Shown here: positions 10,308 through 19,542 of the stretch, one piece after another
How the letters are laid out: each line of letters opens with the position of its first letter
How positions within the stretch are numbered: the first letter of the stretch is position 1
Source: an uncultured Planctomycetaceae bacterium
GTDB lineage: Bacteria > Planctomycetota > Planctomycetia > Isosphaerales > Isosphaeraceae
Assembly: GCA_963833985.1 (NCBI GenBank)
Contig: CAWIAD010000002.1
Coordinates: forward strand, 5,600,001 to 5,664,000
Reading direction: 5' to 3'
Length of the DNA: 64,000 bases
The notes under the pieces: generated by a model
The model's database searches: none
What the model saw: the letters and a program-made list of their open reading frames with translations, nothing else
What the model was told of the DNA's origin: nothing
Program-made: the position numbers and the translations under genes

Positions 10308-10871
10308 CTAGTCGGTGGGGACCGCATCAACAATTGACCAATCGACTCCTTCGGGGAACTTGAATTTGCTGGGAGGCACTAATTTCAGAACGTCAAATCC
10401 GCTAATTAAAAGCAATGCGTAGTACGAGGCCTTCCTCGTAGCAACGGGCTGGCTTTCGTCCGTGAGAATAGCTTTAACAAACCTTATAAATCCTCTGTCA
10501 TTTCGCGACGAGCCCCTGCCAAGCTTGTATATGGCAGCTGCCCTGACACTGTCGTCCGGATCTTGCGACGCGACTCTTTGACACACTTGCAATACTCTGT
10601 CATCTATTCCCCATCTCTCAATTATCATATCTAAAACAGACATCCGAACGGCGGGGTCAGGGTGGTTGAGCCGGGCTTCTGCCGCGGCACGGTCACACTC
10701 TAGGATCTCAGGGCAACTAATTAACAGCCGCGCCCGTCTCTCGTCCCTCCTACGGGAGAATGCACTTTCGACCCTTCGAATCTTGTGTCCGAGATCCGTG
10801 AAAGTCTCGCCAAATCCTCGGACCTCCTCTATTTCCCTGCGGTAGTAGACTCCGTCTTCGTCTCGAGCCAT
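10308..10871 (-). CDS. HEAT-repeat protein, putative immunity partner of orphan Rhs 3
   Basis: LNHPDPAVRMS, DPDDSVRAAAIYKLG and ESQPVATRKASYYAL repeats. Lower GC, directly downstream of the tip. Confidence 0.75.
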   Translation of the reverse strand: MARDEDGVYYRREIEEVRGFGETFTDLGHKIRRVESAFSRRRDERRARLLISCPEILECDRAAAEARLNHPDPAVRMSVLDMIIERWGIDDRVLQVCQRVASQDPDDSVRAAAIYKLGRGSSRNDRGFIRFVKAILTDESQPVATRKASYYALLLISGFDVLKLVPPSKFKFPEGVDWSIVDAVPTD

Positions 10872-11008
10872 CGCCGCTGCCTCCACAACCGTTCGTGCTA
10901 GAGTGAGGTTACTCTTGACCCATCGACTGTTCACGCAAGCTCGGCTCATTGGAATACTAAGCAGGCCGCCGAGCAAGCGGAATTGAGCATTCTTTAATGA
11001 AGTGCCGC

Positions 11009-12809
11009 TCAGCTTGGTGAGGACAAGCCGCCGGGGCCAGGCGGACTCGCCCCGCCCGGGCCCGGCGGGTTCCCACCGCCAGGCCCCGGCTGCCCGCGTC
11101 GGTTCATAAGCTCGCTTAGCTTTATGAGTAGGTCCTCCATCTTGTCCTTCAACGTGTCTAGGGACTCTCGCATTACACCTTGCACCTGGCTCCAAATCTC
11201 ATCGTCCTCGGGATCGTCTGGGGGCTCGCTGTCATTTCCCAGGACGTCCCAGACGGCCATAGAGCTAGCGATCTTGGCTAGCTCATCCTTAACCGCTTGG
11301 ATTTCTTCCTCAAGCTCCTTGGTTGCGTGAGCCATCATCGCCCGCCCGTATAACTTAATCGCGTACACATTCTGAGCATACTTGATCTTCTGCGTCAGGA
11401 CATCGCCAGCTAGCTTAAAGCTTTGTTCAGCTTGATAGGCCTCGTACCATTGCTCGGAGAGGTGGTACCCGTAGGCCAATTCTGCACCTATGATCGCGGA
11501 GCCCGCTACCGTAATTACGCCGGCGCCCGTGAGCAGCAGTCCTCCTCCGGACGCAATGGCGGTCAGCGTCAAGGCGTTTGAGCCTGTAGCGTCAACAGCG
11601 TTCGTGGTGTTGTTCGAGACGTATCGGTACAAGTTTCGGTCGCCGGCCCTGAACCAATACGGATCTTGTTCCAGGAACCGCCCAACCCCTGCTCCATACC
11701 ACCGCGCGTGATCGTAGTACTGCCCGATCGCGGCGTCCCACTCCATCCCCGTGAACTTGAACCGGTCGCCGTTTCCTCCGCTGCTCTCGCTGAGGATGTC
11801 GCCGTAGCTGTCGTAGACGATGTGGTCCAGCTCGGCACCTGTAGTACTAACGATGTCGCGGATGCTCCCTAACCTGTCGGTCAGATACCACGCCGTTGTG
11901 CCGCCGGACGATGTTCGCGCCAGGATCTCATCCACGGCCGGACCATAGACGTAGCGGGTGAGGAGGGTTCCGGAAGCGCTGAAGTCGGCGTAGGGGTTGG
12001 CGTCAGGACCCTGGCCGTCGTAGACGGTCCACATCTGCGTGCCGTTCGTATCCACTCCGATGCGGTGGTCCAGTGCATCGTAGGTGTAGGTCACCTGCTC
12101 CAGCGTCGTGCCGCCGGAGTTTTTCTCCACCGCGCTCATCATCCGGTTGCGGTCGTCGTAGCTGAACGTCCACACGTTTCCATTCGAGAGCTGAGTCTCG
12201 CCGATCGTGTTGCCCTCGTTGTCGTAGGTGAACGTGTAGCCGCCACCGGATTGCAGCTCGTTGCCCGTGCCTGTCGTGTAGCCCGACATGTTGCGGTTGC
12301 CACCCGAGTCGTAGCTGTAGTTCTCGGTGCGTGAGCCCTTGGCGGTGAGCAGTTCACCTCCGGAGTCATAGCTGTAAGTAACGGTCCCTTCGGCGTTGAC
12401 CTCGGTCGTGACGCGGTTGGCGTTGTCGTAGCCGTAGAGGTACGTCGCCAGCGCCGTGCCCGTACCCGTCTGGTCGGTGATGGTTCCGACTCGATTGGCG
12501 GAATCGTAGACGATCGAGGTATTGACCGAGGTGCCCAGGCCGCCGATGGTGCGCGAGAGCGAGGTGAGCTGGTTGGCCGGGTCGTAGCCGAATAGGATCT
12601 GCGGGCCGGCGGCGCCGTTGTAGCTCGCCGAGATGGTGGTCAGGCGGAACGCAGCGTCGTACTGGTACGTGATGATTCCAGCGTTGCCGGTGATGCTGTC
12701 GCTCAGGCTGGTGCGGTCGTGATAGGCGTCGTAGCCGGAGGTCAATGTCACGCTCGGCTGGTGCGTCCCGCCGCCCGACGTCGCATCGGTCAGCATGTTG
12801 CCGCCGGAG
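11009..12809 (-). CDS. Orphan Rhs cassette 3: distal core plus a tip with hydrophobic Gly/Ala helices, coiled coil and Pro-Gly tail
   Basis: YD repeats, RFKFTGMEWD, ARWY...GRFLEQDP...NLYRYV, degenerate cleavage motif DATG (~11582-11593). No Rhs N-terminal half. Confidence 0.88.
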
Positions 12810-12919
12810 ATACACATGGAGCTCAAAGTCCACAGCCGCATTGCCCGCTCCTTAGCGAATAATTACCCTCGCGGATGATAGTGGCAGCCCAAGACTTGCC
12901 CTTCTGACTCATCTTATCT

Positions 12920-12941
12920 GCGATCAGAGGAATGTCCCCTT
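12920..12941 (-). repeat. Rhs cassette junction element, short copy
   Basis: GCGATCAGAGGAATGTCCCCTT matches 15921-15942 at 21/22 positions; about 12 bp past the LRR gene stop. Confidence 0.75.
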
Positions 12942-12953
12942 TGGCTTTCCTGC

Positions 12954-14051
12954 CTACCTGCCTAGAAGGACGCGGACACCGCTCGGCAACAGCGTTTCAC
13001 AGTCATTCTCAGTAATGCCGGTCGACCTGAGGTCCAACACGCGGAGTTTGGAGAGCCTGCGGAGCCTCGACAGCGACCTGGCCGTTATCGCGGCCCCGCG
13101 GAGGTATAGAACTTCCAAGTTCGGCAACAGCCCGAGCTCAAGCACGTGTGCATCGGTTACTCTGCATCCGGAGAGGTCAAGAGTTATTAACCCCGCCCAC
13201 CGGGGATCAGCCAGCCAGCTCAGCCCGGTTACCGCCGTGTCGGATGCGTAAAGATACCTAACCCTGGGCGCGTCCACCGCTATCAAGCCTCGCGCGCTTA
13301 CACGATCACCTGAAACATCCAGCAGCTCCAACCCTGGTAAGCGCGCACGGGCAAGCCCCTCATCACTCACGCCGGTGCAAGCCACCGATAATGAACGTAG
13401 GGAGGGAAGTGCACTGAGGATCGGCAGCGCCTTATCCGTTATCTGCGTATGGCTGAGCCCTAGGGCCTTCAGGCGTCTCAGTCTCTCGAGTTCTCGGATG
13501 CCGCGGTCTGTCACCTTGCAGCCGGCTAGATTGATCTCCTCTACGTTTTCGTTGCGTCCCAGGTATCTCAGAGCGATGTCCGTCACGGCCGTGTCGCCGA
13601 GAACGATTACCCTCAGTCGCTTGAGCCGATCGATCCCCTCCAGCCAATCGTCCCTCACCGCAGACTCGCGTAGCACCAACTCCTCCATTTCCCCGAGGCA
13701 AAACGAATCTTGAAACGTCGCGCGATCCAACTCCGTGTTACGAGTGAAGTCAAGCCCCAGGATGTATCTCCTCCCCTCGCGTGGCTCCTCGAACACCACG
13801 GCTCCAATGTTCTCTAGTCGGCGGAGTACGCGGCCTCTCTCTTGGGCTTGCTGCTGGGAGATGGGCGCGCCCGCAACGGGCTGGCACGCAGGAGCGATCC
13901 CTAGGCCCCACTCCCGCGGATCCGCAAAGGGGAGGCAGTTAGCCGCGAGCAGGGTAACAAACAGAGGAACTCTGCAATAGGTCCGAGCACGGAGCTCACG
14001 CTCAGGTGGGTAGCCCGGCTTACGACCAACGCTGTGGACGGGGTGTTTCAT
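12954..14051 (-). CDS. Leucine-rich repeat protein, putative immunity partner of orphan Rhs 2
   Basis: Repeated LxxLxLxxTx(V/I)TD units (for example LKALGLSHTQITDKAL) and an N-terminal hydrophobic stretch. Confidence 0.85.
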   Translation of the reverse strand: MKHPVHSVGRKPGYPPERELRARTYCRVPLFVTLLAANCLPFADPREWGLGIAPACQPVAGAPISQQQAQERGRVLRRLENIGAVVFEEPREGRRYILGLDFTRNTELDRATFQDSFCLGEMEELVLRESAVRDDWLEGIDRLKRLRVIVLGDTAVTDIALRYLGRNENVEEINLAGCKVTDRGIRELERLRRLKALGLSHTQITDKALPILSALPSLRSLSVACTGVSDEGLARARLPGLELLDVSGDRVSARGLIAVDAPRVRYLYASDTAVTGLSWLADPRWAGLITLDLSGCRVTDAHVLELGLLPNLEVLYLRGAAITARSLSRLRRLSKLRVLDLRSTGITENDCETLLPSGVRVLLGR

Positions 14052-14067
14052 CTCGGGCTTGTCCGCG

Positions 14068-15856
14068 TCACGGTTGCGTTTTACTCTGATTCGACTGTTT
14101 CTGCTGCTGCAACTGCTGCATCATCCCCTTTACAATACTCTGCACAAACTCCTGGGCTGCTTTATTTAGGTCCATATACTGATTCGCGGTATAATGCTTC
14201 TTCCTATACGTCTGCATCTGAGACTGCTCAGAGGTGAGTGGGTAGTAAGCTGTCATGTAGTCATATAGGGTGCCATAGCTGGAGTCACCTCCGATCTTGT
14301 GATGAATCGCCGTGGGCTCCGGATGGTTCGCGTTATTGTTTGTGTAGAACAAATAGGCGTGAAGCATCTCGTGCACTAGCATATCGTAGATCAGGGCGCT
14401 CTCGGTTTTGGGCAGCCTGCCACTCCTCGTTCCTGAGGTAAATCTTCGTAGTGAGATTTGAGTAAGTCCGTGCGAGATAATAACTGTCCTGGTCGAGGAT
14501 TTCCACATCATATTTATCCTTTATTGTATTATAATAGCGCATGTAATCTTTATTTTTTTTGAGATTCTCCATAGCCGCCTCAATTTCCTGTCGGAGGGTG
14601 TCGCTGTCGATCGTCGGAGCCGTATTGGACAAGCCACTCGGGTCGACAAAGTCGGTCACGCCATTGCCGGCGTAGCGGTAGAGATCCGTGTCTCCGGCAC
14701 CGTAGGATGACGGGTCGATTGTTAGGAAGCGTCCGTCTTGCGCCCCATACCACCTCGCGTGATCATAGTATTGCTGAATTGCCGCATCCCACTCCATCCC
14801 CGTGAACTTGAACCGATCCCCGTTGGATCCGCCACTGCTCTCGGAGAGAATGTTGCCGTAGCTGTCGTAGACCACGTGATCGATGCTCGTTCCGGAAGTG
14901 TTCACGATGTCGCGCACGCTCCCTAACCGGTCGGTGAGATACCAACCGGTCGTGCCGCCGGACGAGGTTCGCGCCAAGATCTCGTCAACGGCTTGCGTCG
15001 AGACGTATCGGGTCAGCAGCGTTCCCGAGCCGTTGAAGTCGGCGTAGGGATTTGCGTCGGCGCCCTGGCCGTCGTACACGGTCCACATCTGGGTGCCGTT
15101 GGTGTCGACCCCGATGCGGTGGTCCAGCGAGTCGTAGGTGTACGTCACCTGCTCCAGGGTCGTGCCGCCGGAATTCTTCTCCACGGCGCTTGTCATCCGG
15201 TTGCGATCGTCGTAGCCAAAGGTCCAGACGTTTCCATTCGAGAGCTGGGTCTCGCCGATCGTGTTGCCTTCCTTGTCGTACGTGAACGTGTAGCCGCCGC
15301 CGGATGACAGCTCGTTGCCCGTGCCCGTAGTGTAGCCGGACATGTTCCGGTTGCCACCCGAGTCATAGGAATAATTCTCGGTGCGCGAGCCCCGCGCTGT
15401 GAGCAATTCACCACCGGAGTCATAGCCGTAGGTGACCGTGCCCTCGGCGTTGACCTCGGTGGTCACGCGGTTGGCGTTGTCGTAGCCATAAACATACGTT
15501 GAGAGTGCCGTTCCAGTGCCCGTCTGGTCCGTGATCGTGCCGACACGGTTGGCGGCATCATAGACGATCGAGGTGTTCACCGCCGTGCCCGAGCCGCCGA
15601 TGGTGCGGTCGATCGAGGTGAGCCGGTTGCCCGGGTCGTACCCCAGCACCACCTGCGGCCCGGCGCTGCCGTTGTAGCTGGCCGAGATGTTCGTCAGCCG
15701 AAAAGCAGGGTCGTACTGGAAGGTCGTCACGCCGACATTCCCCGTGATGTTGTCCGTCAAGCTGGTGCGGTCGTGGTACGCGTCGTAGCCGGAGCTCAAT
15801 GTCACGCTCGGCTGGTGGCTGCCCGGACCCGACGTGGAGTCGGTGAGCTGGTTGCC
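14068..15856 (-). CDS. Orphan Rhs cassette 2: distal core plus HEXXH metallopeptidase-like tip, frameshift at ~14406-14409
   Basis: Core runs to DPSG (~14633-14644). The tip continues in a second frame, ESALIYDMLVHEMLHAYLFY, joined across a T4 run. Confidence 0.85.
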
Positions 15857-15947
15857 TCGAATCCTCGTGAGTCGAATTACGGACACGTTCAAGGCTTTAT
15901 CCATTCTGCGCAATTTGCTCGCGATCAGAGGAACGTCCCCTTCAGCC
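15851..15947 (-). repeat. Rhs cassette junction element, copy B
   Basis: 97-bp match to 10194-10290; abuts Rhs core homology at the GNQL codons. Confidence 0.85.
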
Positions 15948-16000
15948 TCCTTGTCCCTTTTAGCTTTCACGTACAACGCTCAGTAGTGCCCCGGCTGGCT

Positions 16001-16462
16001 TTATTGCACATTGAGATCCTCGTCTCGCGGAATGAGGTAGAGGTCGAGCGAGAGGTCCAAGTTGAGCTGTCCTAGCCTGCCAAGTTGCGACGGGTATAGA
16101 TTGACCACGCCGAGGCCCTGACTTGACGCCCAGAAGCAAGATACTCTCGTCACACACCGACGCGCTTGAAGCTGCGAGAACTCATGGCGCGATGGCCAAA
16201 GCTTGTCCAGGATCCAGTCGACGTGTCGCCCGAGGTCCCTTGAATCGACGATCCCCTTCGACGAAAGGAACCAAGCGGTTACCGGGTACGACCGTTGCAA
16301 TCGCTCGTGCACACGTTCGCCGCGACGCTGAATCTGGCTTGGTGATATACCCAAACTCGCAGTGACCAAATCCGGATCGATTTCCTCGCTGTAGATGCAA
16401 AGTGTCGCGTATGTCCTAGAGCACGTCTCGGTTTGGTCGCAGTATCGCTCGTTATTTGGCAA
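16001..16462 (-). CDS. DUF4279-like protein, putative immunity partner of orphan Rhs 1
   Basis: TYATLCIY...IDPDLVTASLGISPS...RGE...WFLSS...DLGRHVDWILDKL...LGQLNLDLSLDLY. The TTG start is inferred. Confidence 0.75.
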   Translation of the reverse strand: MPNNERYCDQTETCSRTYATLCIYSEEIDPDLVTASLGISPSQIQRRGERVHERLQRSYPVTAWFLSSKGIVDSRDLGRHVDWILDKLWPSRHEFSQLQARRCVTRVSCFWASSQGLGVVNLYPSQLGRLGQLNLDLSLDLYLIPRDEDLNVQ

Positions 16463-16631
16463 TGGCCCCGCCCCCGCCCGTCCGCGTCTTTGTTTTCTTG
16501 CCGCCCCGAGCCCTGCCCAGGAGATGCTCACCTTCCGGCGCGGGTGCACCGGTGTGCACCAAGTATGATCGATCACGAAGTGGCGACCGGGAAACGCAGT
16601 GACCGCGTCTACGCTTGTCCCGGCCTCCGAC

Positions 16632-18285
16632 CTACGTGTCTGGCGGGCAGTATCTCGGATCGACTTGCCACATCTGCCACTCAAATATGAAAAACGGGGC
16701 GACTGACACGGTCCCACGGCTCCGACCGAGCTCCACCAGCTCCCTGGCCAGCACTTCCCACTGCGAATAGCTCAGGTTATCATTGGGGCTTCTGCCAGTA
16801 GAATCCTTGAAATCATGCCCATAATCCGAGAGCTCGTATGGATTCAGGTTGTACCTCTTGGCCAGTTCCACGATGATCTTCCATCCCGAGGTCGCACTGA
16901 GCGTAGGAGTGGGGCCGGGCCTTGTGGGCGCCTGAGGCGGCACTGGTGGCGACGCCCGCCCAGGCCTGTTATGGCTTGGCGTCATGCCCTGCACGGGCTC
17001 ATCCGCCGCCGTTCCACCGCCGCTCATCCCGCTCGGGTCAGTGTAAGCAAGCGGCCGATCAGCCGCATAGCGGTAGACGTTGTCGTCCCCGGCCGAGAGA
17101 CCCAGCGGATCCTGCTCCGCAAACCTCCCGACCCCCGCCTCATACCACCTCGCATGATCATAATACTGCTCGATCGCCGCATCCCACTCCATGCCCGCGA
17201 ACTTGAACCGATCGCCGTTGGAGCCCCCGCTGCTCTCGGAGAGGATATTGCCGTAGCTGTCGTAGACGACGTGATCGATGCTCGTGCCGGACGTATTGAC
17301 GATGTCGCGAACGCTTCCTAACCTGTCGGCCAGGTACCAGGCGGTTGTGCCGCCCGAGCTGGTGCGGGCGAAGAGCTCGTCGACGGCTGGGCCGGAGACA
17401 TATCGCGTCAGTAATGTCCCTGAGCCGTTGAAGTCGGCGTAGGGGTTGGCGTCGGCGCCCTTTCCGTCGTACACGGTCCACATCTGAGTGCTGTTGGTGT
17501 CCACGCCGATGCGATGGTTCAGGGCATCATACGTATACGTTACCTGCTGGAGCGTCGTCCCGCCCGAATTCTTCTCCACGGCGCTGGTCATCCGGTTGCG
17601 ATCGTCGTAGCCGAACGTCCAGACGTCGTGAGTCGAGAGCTGCGTCTCGCCGATCGTGTTGCCTTCCTTGTCGTACGTGAACGTGTAGCCGCCGCCGGAC
17701 TTTAGCTCGTTACCCGTGCCGGTGGTGTAACCCGTCATGGTGCGGTTGCCACCCGAGTCATAGCTGTAGTTTTCCGTCCGCGAGCCGCGGGCGGTCAGTA
17801 GTTCACCACCGGAGTCATAGCCGTACGTGACGGTCCCCTCGGCGTTGACCTCGGTGGTCACGCGGTTGGCGTTGTCGTAGCCGTAGACGTAGGTTGATAG
17901 CGCCGTGCCGGTGCCCGTCTGATCGGTGATGGTACCGATGCGATTGGCGGCATCATAGACGATCGATGTGTTCACCGCCGTGCCTGAGCCGCCGATGGTG
18001 CGCGAGATCGAATTCTGGCGGTTGCCCGGGTCATAGCCCAGGATCACCTGGGGGCCGGCCGTGCCGTTGTAGCTGGCCGAGATGTTCGTCAGCCGGAAGG
18101 CGGCGGCGTACTGGAACGTCGCCAGCCCGGCGTTGCCAGCGATGTTGTCGGTCAGGGTGATGCGGTCGTGGTAAGCGTCGTAGCCGGAGGTGAGCGTGAC
18201 GCTCGGCTGGCCCGTGCCGCCGGAAGTCGAGTCGGTCAGCATGTTGCCGCCGGAGTCGTGGGCATGAGTGATGGTAGCGTAGTTA
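16632..18285 (-). CDS. Orphan Rhs cassette 1: distal core plus Pro-rich linker and small helical tip
   Basis: Core homology begins at NYAT (~18285); YD repeats; PLAYTDPSG motif (DPSG ~17028-17039); ~130-aa tip. Confidence 0.88.
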
Positions 18286-18294
18286 ATCAAAACA

Positions 18295-18384
18295 ATGACT
18301 CCTGACATCTTATCTCTGACACTTTATCCTCTCACCTTATCCCCCTCCCTGACACCTTATCCCCCTTTGAAACCTTATCCCCCT
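18295..18384. repeat. Five degenerate tandem copies of (CTGA)CACCTTATC(CCCCT) at a cassette junction
   Basis: CCTGACATCTTATCT / CTGACACTTTATCCT / CTCACCTTATCCCCCT / CCCTGACACCTTATCCCCCT / TTGAAACCTTATCCCCCT. The last copy supplies the WD40 stop codon. Confidence 0.85.
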
Positions 18385-19463
18385 CCGTCGCTGGGTGGCC
18401 CGTGCTGAGGTGCTGCCTCCCGCGCGGGCTTGATGGGAGCGGCGCTCTTGGCCCTCGCCAACGACGGTACGTCCCAGAGCTTGATCGTATGATCCCGGCT
18501 GCCGGTGGCGAGCAGTTTCCCGTCCGAAGAAAACGCCACACAGCGTACAACGTTGCCATGGCACTTCAGCACCGTGAGGACGTCGAACGAGTCGGGCTCG
18601 AAAAGGTGCAAGGTCCCGTCCCGGCATCCCGCGGCCAGCAACTTGCTGTCAGGCGAAAAAGCGACCGAGTCTACATGGCCATGGAAACCGCGGAGCGTCG
18701 CTTTCAGATTGTTGGTATTCATGTACCACACCCGAGCCGTGTCGTCATCTCCGCCGGAGGCGATCCACCTAGTGTCTGGGGAGAAGCAGACGGAGTTTGG
18801 CATTCGGATGTGGCCAGTCAACGTGACACGCGACCGCCAAGTCGTCGTGTCCCAGACAACAACATCATGCCCCCTGGTGGTCGCCATGCAGGAACCATCA
18901 GTGGAAAACGCCACGCAGTTGCTAAAAGGAAGACTCGGCAACGCCTCCCCGGCAACGGATGTCACCACCCGATCAGTCCGGAGATCGTAGAGCAAAGTCT
19001 GCCCTTTCAGGCCCGCGCTAGAGATGGCAAGGATCGAGCCGTCGCGAGAGTACGCGATAGCGAAGATCGTATCCTGAGTGTTGTGTATCTCCCTATTTAG
19101 CCCGGTGGCTACATCCCAAAGCTCGACGCTGCTGTCCTGAATAATGCGCCGATGGTTAACCCTCAGCGAATGATATGACGAGGTGGAGGCGACCTTCTTG
19201 CCGTCGGGTGAAAAGGCAACTCTGCCGATGGACGAGCGCTTCGAAAAACATGCTCGTTCCGCGCCCACTACTGTGTCCCATAGTCTGATAGTCTGATCAT
19301 CGTTACCGGCTGATGCCAAGAGCTTTCCGTCAGGAGAAAAGGACACGCAGCTCACCTCGTCCTTGTGGCCAACCAGAGTAGCAATCGGCTGGACGTCTTG
19401 CGCTTTGAGCGGCCAATGGTTGGCGATCGCTAGACAGACGATGGGGCACAGCAACTTGTGCAT
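18375..19463 (-). CDS. WD40 beta-propeller protein with probable signal peptide, putative cognate partner of the full-length Rhs
   Basis: GH...V..V.FSPDG..LAS...D..IRLWD repeats; N-terminus MHKLLCPIVCLAIANHWPLKA-QD. Confidence 0.9.
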   Translation of the reverse strand: MHKLLCPIVCLAIANHWPLKAQDVQPIATLVGHKDEVSCVSFSPDGKLLASAGNDDQTIRLWDTVVGAERACFSKRSSIGRVAFSPDGKKVASTSSYHSLRVNHRRIIQDSSVELWDVATGLNREIHNTQDTIFAIAYSRDGSILAISSAGLKGQTLLYDLRTDRVVTSVAGEALPSLPFSNCVAFSTDGSCMATTRGHDVVVWDTTTWRSRVTLTGHIRMPNSVCFSPDTRWIASGGDDDTARVWYMNTNNLKATLRGFHGHVDSVAFSPDSKLLAAGCRDGTLHLFEPDSFDVLTVLKCHGNVVRCVAFSSDGKLLATGSRDHTIKLWDVPSLARAKSAAPIKPAREAAPQHGPPSDGGG

Positions 19464-19542
19464 GACAATTCCTTACTCGAATTTAGGGGAGGCAAGGGAC
19501 GGTCCAGCTACGACGGCAGCAAAAGCGAGAGGGGTCATGAGA

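Noticed and set aside
18295..18384. CRISPR or iteron array
   Set aside because: Units are degenerate and adjacent with no spacers; no rep or cas gene.
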